Shown: piece after piece, positions 48,977 to 58,347 of the stretch
Layout: each line of letters opens with the position of its first letter
How positions within the stretch are numbered: position 1 is the first letter of the stretch
Assembly: GCA_965205975.1 (NCBI GenBank)
Contig: OZ242195.1
Location: 5,408,001-5,472,000, forward strand
Direction: 5' to 3'
DNA from: Candidatus Latescibacterota bacterium
Lineage (GTDB): Bacteria > Latescibacterota > UBA2968
Length of the DNA: 64,000 nucleotides
Position numbers and translations under genes: made by a program
The notes under the pieces: model-generated
What the model was told of the DNA's origin: nothing
Seen by the model: the letters and a program-made list of their open reading frames with translations, nothing else
Databases searched by the model: none

Positions 48977-50101
48977 TTACTCCTTTATCCACGAGCGCGA
49001 GTCGGGCACATCTAACCATATTCCGTCTTGCACAATTGATTGTTGACTGATTAATCCCGGCAAGGTCATGTCCATGGCCTCGTGAATGCCAATTGGACAG
49101 GCAATTTCGCCGTTGATGCTTTGAATAAAATCCATGATCTCGAAATAGTCGCCTCCGCCGTGTCCGGCTTTTAATGCCGCTTCAGAGGGGTTGCGCCACA
49201 TGTCGGGCAAATACTCTTCTTCCAAATTTGTCAAATCCATCCATTCATTTTTTTTGTCGCAGATATCTGCGAGCCATACGCGATTGACACCGCCGCGCAT
49301 GCGCGCCGATTCATAACATCCTTTTGTCCCTTGCAGTTGAAAATTGCCGGTTGCGTGGGGGCGTTCCGATAGCATATCTACCCGGATTTTTACCAGCCCG
49401 CCGCTCGCCATCTGGCACAACATGACGCACGAATCTTGATTTTCATACTGGTCTCCCCGAGGGTCTGTGTAATGGTGTCCGCTGCCCGCACAACACACGC
49501 GCACCACGCGGTCACCCGGCATCCACTGCAAGAGAGGTCCCAGGCTGTGCGTGCAATAGGTTATACCATCAATGCCCGTTTGCCACTTGCGCCGCCATGT
49601 TGTGATTTCATTCAGGGCTTTCAATTCGTGGAGATATTCTCCTTCTCCGTAATATACATCGCCGAACAAACCCCGCCGCACGAGTTCTTTTATCAGGACA
49701 TTGGGGCGGGTGTAGGTGTAATTTTCAGCCATCATATAGATTGCTTTTGACGAAGCAGCGGCATGTACCAGGGCGCGGCATTCCGCTACGGAGACTCCGG
49801 CTGTGACTTCGCTCAAGACGTGGATGTTGCGATGCAGTGCCTCAATTGCTTGCTGAGCGTGAAAGTGCATGGGCGTGCCGATGACGACCGCATCGAGTTC
49901 AGAACGCGCGAGCATGGTTTCGTAATCCGCGTATTTTTCAGACGCTCCCAATCGTTCAGCAGCAGCGTCGAGTTCCTCTTCGCGCACATCGCATACCGCG
50001 TGAATGCGAGCCGTTTCATGCGCTTCAAAAGCGACCCGAAAACTTCCCCCACGCCCAGCAGCCCCCACAATGCCCACGTTTAATTTTTTAGCAATGGCCA
50101 T
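48977..50101 (-). CDS. Gfo/Idh/MocA-family oxidoreductase
   Basis: VGAAGRG, GTPMHFH, MMAENY, EGEYLH and GHGGGD. Confidence 0.9.
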   Translation of the reverse strand: MAIAKKLNVGIVGAAGRGGSFRVAFEAHETARIHAVCDVREEELDAAAERLGASEKYADYETMLARSELDAVVIGTPMHFHAQQAIEALHRNIHVLSEVTAGVSVAECRALVHAAASSKAIYMMAENYTYTRPNVLIKELVRRGLFGDVYYGEGEYLHELKALNEITTWRRKWQTGIDGITYCTHSLGPLLQWMPGDRVVRVCCAGSGHHYTDPRGDQYENQDSCVMLCQMASGGLVKIRVDMLSERPHATGNFQLQGTKGCYESARMRGGVNRVWLADICDKKNEWMDLTNLEEEYLPDMWRNPSEAALKAGHGGGDYFEIMDFIQSINGEIACPIGIHEAMDMTLPGLISQQSIVQDGIWLDVPDSRSWIKE

Positions 50102-50150
50102 GGTTTTACTCTCATGTATCGTTTTTTAAAGTCTATCGGTTTATTTCAGA

Positions 50151-50636
50151 TCATCCCGCGTCTCTCAGCACTCGCGTCAAAGAATCTCCACATCTGATTC
50201 TCTGAACAATTTCCGATTTCCCGCGAAAGCGAACTCGGTTGGACATATTTCTCAGTCGTCTCTGCTCAATTTTCGAAAGCCTACCCGATGCAACAACCGG
50301 AGTAAAATTCATACTTGCGTCAGGTGGAATAATCCGATCAGCGATATTAGCACCACCCTGAAGTTGCTTTGTAACCTCACTTACATCCACATTTCCTTTT
50401 TTTAATTCCATCGGCACAACCCAGTCCTTGTCTGCATCTCGTTCTTTTGCACCAAAAAAGATATAATCACACAGTGTCTGATTGGGTGGTAAATTTAAAT
50501 CTTCACAATCCAAATCAACAATGACGCGCTGACCTCTTATTCCAGCCATAGAAACAGTGCATCCTTCCTTTCTACATCTTTTAACTTGACATTTCTCAGG
50601 GACTTTCACTTGTACCGCTTGTACGGGTTTACTCAT
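50151..50636 (-). CDS. Small hypothetical protein, probable PD-(D/E)XK nuclease fold
   Basis: CDYIFF...VPMELKKG...QL pattern; 8-bp overlap with the upstream ATPase. Confidence 0.6.
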   Translation of the reverse strand: MSKPVQAVQVKVPEKCQVKRCRKEGCTVSMAGIRGQRVIVDLDCEDLNLPPNQTLCDYIFFGAKERDADKDWVVPMELKKGNVDVSEVTKQLQGGANIADRIIPPDASMNFTPVVASGRLSKIEQRRLRNMSNRVRFRGKSEIVQRIRCGDSLTRVLRDAG

Positions 50637-52164
50637 GTTCCCTTTCCACTATACGGTTTCCTATCGTGGCCCAGTCGTTGTGAGTACTGATCGCAACATC
50701 GTCGTAGTCAGATCGGAATCCACCATAATCCACATCAAGAGGTATTTCCTTCACAATTGAACCCCTGGGGCGTTTTTTGGGCTCGAAAAGCCAGGTGCCT
50801 ACCTGGTCGGGGCTAAGCGCGTAGTCCGCACCGCCGATTCCTTTTCTGTCAGATTCCGAAAGTTCTGAGAGGCGCACCAGATTGGCGAGTTCTTCCAGTA
50901 CCCATTCGCTATGTGTGGTAATGATAATCCGTATGCCAGAACGCACTGCCGCAGCGAGATGCCGGATGAACGCGACCTGCATTCCGGGGTGCAGATGGGA
51001 TTCAGGTTCTTCGATGATTAAGACTTCTCCGGGTGAGACGACATGGCGAAGGTATAATACGACGGGAGCAATTTCCGATACCATTGATGAGGTATTCATC
51101 AATTGCATGTCTTCTTTCCACCCCGCTGGTTGATAGGAAAATACCGGATAGCCAGTGGCTGAATTTTCGATGCGAATTGATCCACTTAGAATTTCTTTTT
51201 CAAGACGTTGGGTGAGATTCTCATTCAGCCTTTTTCCTCTGCTTGACAAATCGCCCAATCCAATAAGCTGTTCAAGGAAGTCGGTGACAACACCAGAGAG
51301 TAACGCCTGTTCGGGCTGAAGACCCGCACGCGATGCTCTCTGGATCAAAGACCCTACGACAACTTTATTCGCATGCATGATGCCCGTGCGATCCGCTGGG
51401 AGATAATAGGCGGGCTGACTTACTGGGGCAAAGAAGTAAGAAATGATGTCTCCAGAAAAAAGACTATCTATCCATTGCTTCTGAAAAAATACTGGGTCGT
51501 CACTGCCTGGATAGTCTGGTTCAAACTGTTGGATTTTGGCTATGAATTGGACATACTTCTCAATGACATCTTTTTTGATCTGCAATGGTGCTGTGTCGGG
51601 AATGGAAGCAGTGAAAGTCTTTTTTTGAATATTGAATTTATACAATGAACCGTGATTATACCCAGCTTCTGGTGAGAGAGCAATTTTAGAGCTTTCCTTA
51701 CTTCCATGGCGAATAAGCTTTCTGGTCTCGTCAATACCAAAACACCGCATTATTTCGCCAGCTAGATCATCCCCGGGGAGAAGATGACTGAACAAGGCAC
51801 GGATCAGTGACGCAATTCCTTCTGGTAGAATCGCAGACGTATTCTCGTTTACTTGCGAAACGATTTCGTTCGCTTCGCCAACCAAACGCCTGATATTTTC
51901 TTCAGATATCCCGATTGGTAGGTCCTCGGATAATGCAAATTCGTCTAATAAACTCGTGTTACTAAAATAAAAATAAGGAGGTCTCTTTCTACTACGGCTA
52001 TTAAAAAACTTATGTAGCGCGTAGATCAAAATCGCCAAATAAGACTTTCCTGTATTGCTCGGTCCGACGAACACGGTGAGCGGGCGCAGTTCAACTTCTG
52101 CACTATAAATCGGTCCGAAATCTTTGACCGATAGCGTAAGATTTTTATTTTTTGATGTCGCCAT
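50629..52164 (-). CDS. ABC-type (AAA_15/AAA_21-like) ATPase
   Basis: GPSNTGKS Walker A, YLPADR, TSSMVSE signature-like segment, IIEEPESHLHP Walker B/D-loop and TTHS. Confidence 0.88.
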   Translation of the reverse strand: MATSKNKNLTLSVKDFGPIYSAEVELRPLTVFVGPSNTGKSYLAILIYALHKFFNSRSRKRPPYFYFSNTSLLDEFALSEDLPIGISEENIRRLVGEANEIVSQVNENTSAILPEGIASLIRALFSHLLPGDDLAGEIMRCFGIDETRKLIRHGSKESSKIALSPEAGYNHGSLYKFNIQKKTFTASIPDTAPLQIKKDVIEKYVQFIAKIQQFEPDYPGSDDPVFFQKQWIDSLFSGDIISYFFAPVSQPAYYLPADRTGIMHANKVVVGSLIQRASRAGLQPEQALLSGVVTDFLEQLIGLGDLSSRGKRLNENLTQRLEKEILSGSIRIENSATGYPVFSYQPAGWKEDMQLMNTSSMVSEIAPVVLYLRHVVSPGEVLIIEEPESHLHPGMQVAFIRHLAAAVRSGIRIIITTHSEWVLEELANLVRLSELSESDRKGIGGADYALSPDQVGTWLFEPKKRPRGSIVKEIPLDVDYGGFRSDYDDVAISTHNDWATIGNRIVEREHE

Positions 52165-52251
52165 TGCTGCCTCCTCTGAATATCCTGGATGGCTTATTGG
52201 GCAAGTGTACCTTTTTGGAGCAACGTTTTCAGATCCTTTGACGGTTCAATT

Positions 52252-53937
52252 TCAACCCTTACCAGAATTCGACAAGCGCATATCCTCTACGAGCATTTGC
52301 ACGCTGGTTCTGCCCTGCCATGTATTGGCCTGTAGTGCAAAGGCGAGATCGACGCGGTCGCCCACTGACAATTCGTAAACCCGCTCGCCCTGGCGGAACC
52401 AGATTGCATCGCACAGATCAGCACCTGTATCTACGCTGAGTTTCAAATGCGCCCCGCGGCCTATGGCGCGTGCATCTGCAATTCGGCAATCGCGAGCTAT
52501 AAAACGCGGCAACTCGTTTTTTGCACCAAAAGGTGCCAATTTGTCCAGAGTGTCAACGGTTGTCAGCGAAATATCGGATGGTTTGAGGGTGGCATCGACT
52601 TCCAGTTGGGGCGTCAGTGCTTCCTCTGATAGCCGCGCTTGAGCATCTGCGGTCAACCGGTCTTGAAATTCGAGATAATTTTCAGCGGGGACTGAAAAAC
52701 CAGCGGCATCGGCGTGTCCGCCAAATTCGGTGAGCAAATCCGAGACGCGGAAAATCGCCTCGACGATATTGTATCCACCTGCTGTGCGCGCAGAACCCGT
52801 GTAGATGCCATTTTTGCGAAAGTTGGTACACACCAGCGCTGGGCGCGAAAATTTTTCGACCAATCGCCCGGCGATCAGCCCGACCACACCCAGATGCCAG
52901 TCTTCACCGCGCACGACCAGAATGCGATATTGATCCAACCAGTTATCTTCTACCATGCGTTCTGCTTCGGCTATGCCGTCGTTTTGCAGAGTCTGTCTTT
53001 CGCCATTTAGACCGTTTAATTCCTCGGCGAGTTTTGCTGCCTGTTCCCGGTTTTGACAGCGCAATAAATCGAGTGCCAGATCAGCTGATGATAAGCGCCC
53101 GGCACTGTTGATGCGCGGTCCCAGGAAGAATCCAATAGAGATCGTGTCAACGGGGCGGTTGGTCGTACCCGCGACGGCTTTGAGTGCCTGCAAGCCCGGT
53201 CGCTCGGTGGTGTTGAGTACCTGCATCCCCTTTCGCGTAAGCAGGCGATTTTCTGCGAGCATGGGAGCCATATCAGCCACAGTGCCCAATGCGACGAGAT
53301 CCAGAAGCGAGTTCAAATATCGTCGGCGCTCTGAATCGGACAGGAACTCCGGTGCCAGCGCCTGTACCACCTTAAATGCCACCCCTACGGCGGCCAGTCC
53401 CTTGAAGGGATATTCGCAGTCTGCGCGATTGGGATTCACCAGCGCGAGAGCGTCTGGCAATTTGTCCTGTGGATGGTGATGGTCAATGACTACCACATCA
53501 ATTCCGGCGTTATTGGCAGTGTCAACAGCCTCAAAAGCTGAGATGCCATTGTCCGCGGTTACAATGAGTTGTGCTCCTTGTGCGTATGCCCTCTCTACAC
53601 CCGGTGGCTTCATGCCATACCCATCTCGAAAACGGTCGGGTAACAAAAATGCGGCATTGGCACCTACCATGTCGAAAAAATCCAGCAAAACAGCGGTGCT
53701 CGTGACGCCATCTACATCGTAATCGCCAAAAACCACAATGCGCTCTTTATTGTGAATGGCTTCTGATATGCGTTCAACTATGCGGTGCATGTCTTTCATT
53801 AAATAGGGGTCATTCAAAATATCGGGAGAGTCGGTCAAATCTTCTTTTGTCAATGAACGGTTTGCGAGAATGACATCGGCAATAGAATGATAATTGCCCT
53901 TATGGCGTATGTTCCATATCGGGTACCTAGGTTCCAT
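52252..53937 (-). CDS. recJ: Single-stranded-DNA exonuclease RecJ
   Basis: GDYDVDG, ADNG, DHH, GTVAD, PRINSAGRL, GSAR and GGHADAAG. Confidence 0.96.
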   Translation of the reverse strand: MEPRYPIWNIRHKGNYHSIADVILANRSLTKEDLTDSPDILNDPYLMKDMHRIVERISEAIHNKERIVVFGDYDVDGVTSTAVLLDFFDMVGANAAFLLPDRFRDGYGMKPPGVERAYAQGAQLIVTADNGISAFEAVDTANNAGIDVVVIDHHHPQDKLPDALALVNPNRADCEYPFKGLAAVGVAFKVVQALAPEFLSDSERRRYLNSLLDLVALGTVADMAPMLAENRLLTRKGMQVLNTTERPGLQALKAVAGTTNRPVDTISIGFFLGPRINSAGRLSSADLALDLLRCQNREQAAKLAEELNGLNGERQTLQNDGIAEAERMVEDNWLDQYRILVVRGEDWHLGVVGLIAGRLVEKFSRPALVCTNFRKNGIYTGSARTAGGYNIVEAIFRVSDLLTEFGGHADAAGFSVPAENYLEFQDRLTADAQARLSEEALTPQLEVDATLKPSDISLTTVDTLDKLAPFGAKNELPRFIARDCRIADARAIGRGAHLKLSVDTGADLCDAIWFRQGERVYELSVGDRVDLAFALQANTWQGRTSVQMLVEDMRLSNSGKG

Positions 53938-53983
53938 AAAAGCTCCAGAGTGGTTGGTCAGAGGGAGTATATGCGATCTATCC

Positions 53984-54013
53984 TTGACTTGAAGTCAATT
54001 TGAACGTTAATTT
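53984..54013. promoter_or_regulatory. Divergent promoter region with palindrome TTGAC-N5-GTCAA
   Basis: TTGACTTGAAGTCAA at 53984-53998; TTGACT-18-TAATTT faces the pspA operon. Confidence 0.45.
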
Positions 54014-54100
54014 TTGAAACTAATATTTCGCTTGGGTATCTCATAGGCAGGACGGAGGGCAAGTTATGCCTCTGCCGATAACCGCTTTCAGGAGTTTAAA

Positions 54101-54496
54101 ATGTCAGAATATTTCAATACAGTCAAATCTTATCTTCAAGACCTCAATCTCGCGGTTGACGAGGAAGATACCGCTGAAGAACTCGTTGTGGTGAGTGACG
54201 AAGACCGCGGTATCAATCATCTCATTGTCGATTGCGAGGATCCCATCCTCATTATTGAGCAGGCTATTATGCCCGTTCCCAATGTCCCCGGTGATCTGTA
54301 CAAAAGGTTGCTCGAAATGAATCGCACACTTGTTCACGGGGCGTTTACCCTGGACGATGAAACCGGCACGGTTCTTTTCCGCGATACCCTGCGCCTGGAT
54401 ACGCTCGACCGCTCTGAGCTTGAAGGCTCGATCACTGCGCTCGAACTCGCTTTGGCCGAAAATGCCGCCGAATTACTCGAATATAGCCATCAGTAG
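54101..54496 (+). CDS. YbjN / CesT-like chaperone-fold protein
   Basis: Acidic 131-aa protein; LYKRLLEMNRTLVHGAFTLD...LFRDTL. Confidence 0.78.
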   Translation: MSEYFNTVKSYLQDLNLAVDEEDTAEELVVVSDEDRGINHLIVDCEDPILIIEQAIMPVPNVPGDLYKRLLEMNRTLVHGAFTLDDETGTVLFRDTLRLDTLDRSELEGSITALELALAENAAELLEYSHQ

Positions 54497-54549
54497 GGAG
54501 CGGGTTGAACTGCTATCGCAGTTGTACATCGCTCGAAACCCGCCCGTAC
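54493..54549. repeat. GTAG-type REP/REPIN-like palindrome
   Basis: GTAGGGAGCGGGTT...AAACCCGCCCGTAC with an inner AACTGC-TATC-GCAGTT hairpin. Confidence 0.55.
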
Positions 54550-54582
54550 AAAAACTGACCATTTCCCCAAAAGGAGTATCTT

Positions 54583-55287
54583 ATGAGCATCTTTCAACGT
54601 CTCTTCAATGTGAGCAAGGCCGAAGTCCATTCAGCCATTGACAAGTTTGAAGATCCGATAAAAATGACCGAACAGGGCATTCGCGATCTAAAACAAGACC
54701 TCAATAACGCAATGACCAGCCTGGCAGAGGTCAAAGGGCAGGCCATTCGATTGCGAAAGCAAGCCGAAGACAATAAGAAGGCATCTGCTGATTGGGAGCG
54801 GAAGGCCATGGTTTTGCTCCAAAAAGCCCAAAGCGGCGATCTGGATGCTGGAGAAGCCGATCGGTTGGCTACCGAAGCCCTCAGCCGCAAATCAGAGGCC
54901 GATAGCCGTATCTCTCAGTTTGAGCAGGATGCCCAGATGCAGGAAGATATGGCCGCGAAGCTTCAAAGTCAGGTGGAGAAACTCAAATCTACCATTGCAA
55001 CACACGAAAATGAACTCATTTCACTGCGTGCACGTGCAAAAACAGCCGCTGCGACGAAGAAAATCAACAAGCAACTCGCCAAAGTCGATTCGTCTGGTAC
55101 AATCGCCATGCTCGAGCGTATGAAAGAACGCGTTGAAGAAGATGAATCGCTTTCGCAAGCTTATGGTGAAATGGCCGATGAATCCAAGAGCGTTGATGAG
55201 GAAATTGACGCGGCACTGAGTACTTCATCAGCCGGCACAGATCAACGTCTCGCCGAACTCAAGGCAAAGATGGGGATGAATTCGTAA
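54583..55287 (+). CDS. pspA: PspA/IM30-family protein
   Basis: Amphipathic MSIFQRLFN; EDPIKMTEQGIRD; long coiled coil; ERMKERV; C-terminal LAELKAKM. Confidence 0.92.
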   Translation: MSIFQRLFNVSKAEVHSAIDKFEDPIKMTEQGIRDLKQDLNNAMTSLAEVKGQAIRLRKQAEDNKKASADWERKAMVLLQKAQSGDLDAGEADRLATEALSRKSEADSRISQFEQDAQMQEDMAAKLQSQVEKLKSTIATHENELISLRARAKTAAATKKINKQLAKVDSSGTIAMLERMKERVEEDESLSQAYGEMADESKSVDEEIDAALSTSSAGTDQRLAELKAKMGMNS

Positions 55288-55368
55288 GACTGACGCTGGG
55301 TGTGCCTGTGAGTGAGACACTGGCGCACCCGATTGAGATTTTTACTCGCTGCATTGCAGGGAGAGAAA

Positions 55369-55926
55369 ATGAATTGGAATCCGTTCAAAAAAAAGAAAGA
55401 AGAACCCGAAGTTCTCGATCCTCTCAGTATTACGCTGTCCGATCTCAAGCTGGGTTATGTCCTCGACTACGATCTCAAAACATGGAAGGTCACAGCGCAG
55501 CATTATTACGATTATGAAGGTGATCGCGCGGATGAATGGGAACTCACCTGCGGCGATGATGTGGCATATCTCGAGCGGTCAGAAGACGATAGTATCACTT
55601 GGGGCCTGACGCGCAAAATTCACCTTTCCGATGTTGAAGGCGATGTCCGCGGGCATATGCGCGACCACGACAATGATGATCCTCCCGATGAAGTTAGATG
55701 CCATGGGATTATGTTCTATGGCGTATCGTCAGCCGTTGGATCTTTTTACAAAGATGGCGGGGACGAGGGACAGAAGTTTATCATCTGGAATTATCTCGAC
55801 GAGTCGGAGAAACATACCTTATCTATTGAGCAATGGGACGAAGACGCTTTTGATGCCGCGGTGGGTGAGATTGTCGAAGAATATCAATTTAGCAATATCC
55901 TGCCGTCAGTAGCCAGTAGTCAGTAG
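55369..55926 (+). CDS. DUF4178-like protein
   Basis: Acidic and aromatic; W-E-L...YLE, YLDES...LSIEQW; follows pspA; ATG 55369 after GGGAG. Confidence 0.72.
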   Translation: MNWNPFKKKKEEPEVLDPLSITLSDLKLGYVLDYDLKTWKVTAQHYYDYEGDRADEWELTCGDDVAYLERSEDDSITWGLTRKIHLSDVEGDVRGHMRDHDNDDPPDEVRCHGIMFYGVSSAVGSFYKDGGDEGQKFIIWNYLDESEKHTLSIEQWDEDAFDAAVGEIVEEYQFSNILPSVASSQ

Positions 55927-56053
55927 TCAGTTGCTGGCCCGCTTAACCGCCCCAAGCTATTAGCGGTCAGCCAGCCTCTTGCCTCTCATCTGCGAAAAAC
56001 GCTCAAATTATTCGCGTTTTTTTCTGCGTCATCTGCGGATACTTTTCTCGTCT

Positions 56054-57580
56054 TTACTCAAACCCCCATTCTGATTTCCGGTAGTATCGATCTACTGTCG
56101 GCTCCATTTCTGTGCTGACTTCAATTGCGTGTTTTTCATCGAACATGCCCTTCCAGAAGTGCAACATGCCCCGCATTGCTTCTGCATTCAAAAATTGCGT
56201 TTCAATATCCTCAAAGGTGAGTTGTTGCGTTCGTTGAACGAGGTCCATTTCTTCGGCTTTCATTCCCAATATCCATCCCCAATCTCCCATTGTTGGTATA
56301 TAGGTGTGATAGGGGATGGTGGAAAAACCGGCGTCTGTCATCGTGCGCTCAATGCACAGAAATGCAAGGCGCGCGTTGAGAGGACTCGAAGCCTGGGTTA
56401 CCAGTACGCCATCGGGTGTTAAGTGACGCGCGCACAGGCGATAGAATTCCCGCGAATACAATCTGGCGAGGTCCGGTCCTTTGGGGTCGGGCAAGTCGAT
56501 GATGATGATGTTGAATAACGCATCTGAACGCGTCAAGAATGCGCCCGCATCGCCGATTACCACATTTACACGCGGGTCGTCCAGTGCCCGCGCATTCGCT
56601 TCCACAAAGACCGGGTGTGTGCGCGCCAGATCGATTATCGCTTTGTCTAAATCTACAAGGGTAATCGCTTTCACGTCTGCATATTTTGCGACTTCGCGCA
56701 CAGCCAGTCCATCCCCTCCGCCTAAGATGAGTACGTTGTTCCGCGATCCCGATAGTTTCATGGCCGGATGTACCAGCGATTCGTGATAGCGTTTTTCGTC
56801 ATAGGTGCTGAATTGCACGTTGCCATTTAAGTGCAGCCAGTGGTGGCCTTTCCATTCTGTTATGACAATGCGTTGATAAGCGGTCTGGTCTTGATAGACC
56901 ACGCGATCGCGATACCGACTTTGCTCGCCCCATATTACAATGGGACGGATATAGAGCCCCAGTACCAGAAGGCCCGCGCCCAGGGTCCAGAATGCCGTCA
57001 ATAGTAGCCAGCGACGCGCCAATAAGTGCCGATATTGCCACAGCAATACCGATGCTACGATAAAGTTAATCGCGGCCAACGCCAGCGGTGTGTACGTCAG
57101 GCCCAATTCTGGCAATAAAAAAAAGGCGAACAATAGTCCGCCGATCAAGGCGCCAAAATAGTCTTTTTCCATCACTGAAGCGATGTTGGTGCGCAGATCC
57201 TGATATGCTTCGTTCATGCGCGCGACCAGCGGAATTTCCATGCCGATGAGCACGCCGATTGCAAAAGCATAGCTATAGATAAAGACGCCTGCCGATAACG
57301 CGAGTACCGATCCAAAATACGCCACAACCGCACAGGTGGCGCACAGGACCGAGAGATAAAATTCGATTGCGATAAAGCGATCCAGTAATCTATCCGTCAA
57401 TAAGCGGCTCCATCGGCTGCCCAGACCCATGGCAAATAACATCAGCGACATGAGCACGGCCCACTGCAATGTCGTGTTGCCCAATAGATAGCTCGCCAAC
57501 GTTGACAATGTAAATTCGGCTACTATGCCAGCACATCCCGTGGCGAATATACAGGCTTTTAAGAGATAGCTTTGTCGCAT
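56054..57580 (-). CDS. speE: Membrane-anchored polyamine aminopropyltransferase (SpeE-like)
   Basis: About 7 N-terminal TM segments; QFSTYDEKRYHE, ILGGGDGLAVRE, VDLD and IDLPDP. Confidence 0.9.
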   Translation of the reverse strand: MRQSYLLKACIFATGCAGIVAEFTLSTLASYLLGNTTLQWAVLMSLMLFAMGLGSRWSRLLTDRLLDRFIAIEFYLSVLCATCAVVAYFGSVLALSAGVFIYSYAFAIGVLIGMEIPLVARMNEAYQDLRTNIASVMEKDYFGALIGGLLFAFFLLPELGLTYTPLALAAINFIVASVLLWQYRHLLARRWLLLTAFWTLGAGLLVLGLYIRPIVIWGEQSRYRDRVVYQDQTAYQRIVITEWKGHHWLHLNGNVQFSTYDEKRYHESLVHPAMKLSGSRNNVLILGGGDGLAVREVAKYADVKAITLVDLDKAIIDLARTHPVFVEANARALDDPRVNVVIGDAGAFLTRSDALFNIIIIDLPDPKGPDLARLYSREFYRLCARHLTPDGVLVTQASSPLNARLAFLCIERTMTDAGFSTIPYHTYIPTMGDWGWILGMKAEEMDLVQRTQQLTFEDIETQFLNAEAMRGMLHFWKGMFDEKHAIEVSTEMEPTVDRYYRKSEWGFE

Positions 57581-57619
57581 AAAAAATAAATAACTCGGCG
57601 GGTGGTTAGCCGCCGAGTT
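57581..57619 (-). terminator. Terminator-like hairpin directly upstream of the speE start
   Basis: Minus strand AACTCGGCGG-loop-CCGCCGAGTT-ATTTATTTTTT-ATG. Confidence 0.65.
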
Positions 57620-57636
57620 GAAGGGAATTAATCGGG

Positions 57637-58020
57637 TTAGCGCAAGGAAATATCACCTTGCAGAAAGTCAATTGTTAAAATTTGTCCACGTAGAAAATCC
57701 AGGCCCAAAAGCCCATCAACACTCGCACTCGGTGGCAGTGTATGAGCAAGTACAGGGAAATTTTCTCGCGTCTGCCCCAATGCTTGAAATCGAGTGACCA
57801 ATAAACGCGGTGTGTATTCAACACCGCTTCCCGTCGTGACTTGAACGCGATCAGGAGCTAATGAGGGATCGTATCCAATTGTTGTTAGCGGTGCAACATT
57901 AATCATCGTTCCTGTCGCACCAGTATCCAATGCGAGACGCAAAATAATACTGCCTGAAGGCCCGAAAACCTCAGCCTGAATAACGATAAGGCCGCGCAAA
58001 GGATTAAATATATCATTCAT
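57637..58020 (-). CDS. Single-domain retropepsin-like (clan AA) aspartic protease
   Basis: LALDTGAT catalytic motif and GLLGLDFL second motif. Confidence 0.88.
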   Translation of the reverse strand: MNDIFNPLRGLIVIQAEVFGPSGSIILRLALDTGATGTMINVAPLTTIGYDPSLAPDRVQVTTGSGVEYTPRLLVTRFQALGQTRENFPVLAHTLPPSASVDGLLGLDFLRGQILTIDFLQGDISLR

Positions 58021-58244
58021 AGTACGACCGCAGTATCTTCTGGGATTTCACCAGTATAGACAATTGCAGATCGTTTGGGTCTCAAAGTAACTGCTTTCCG
58101 ATAAACTTCGTCTCGGTCCTTGCTATGATGAAGTATTTTACCTTTTAAGACCTCAAGCGCATCATTTGTTTGAGGATTCTCGACCAGTACCCATTCCGAC
58201 TCAAATTGTGCCCTCATTTCTTCGACTGTCATGATGTTATCCAT
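58017..58244 (-). CDS. DUF5678-like small protein
   Basis: FESEWVLV...KILHHSKDRDEVY; AAGGAG SD; ATGA overlap with the protease. Confidence 0.7.
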   Translation of the reverse strand: MDNIMTVEEMRAQFESEWVLVENPQTNDALEVLKGKILHHSKDRDEVYRKAVTLRPKRSAIVYTGEIPEDTAVVL

Positions 58245-58347
58245 CTTTGCTCTCCTTTTAGTCGAATGTATTGGTCGCCTCATTCTGCCAAATTTCACGC
58301 ATTGGAACTTTCTTCAATTCTCCAAAGTTATTCATTTCTGCCCTTTT

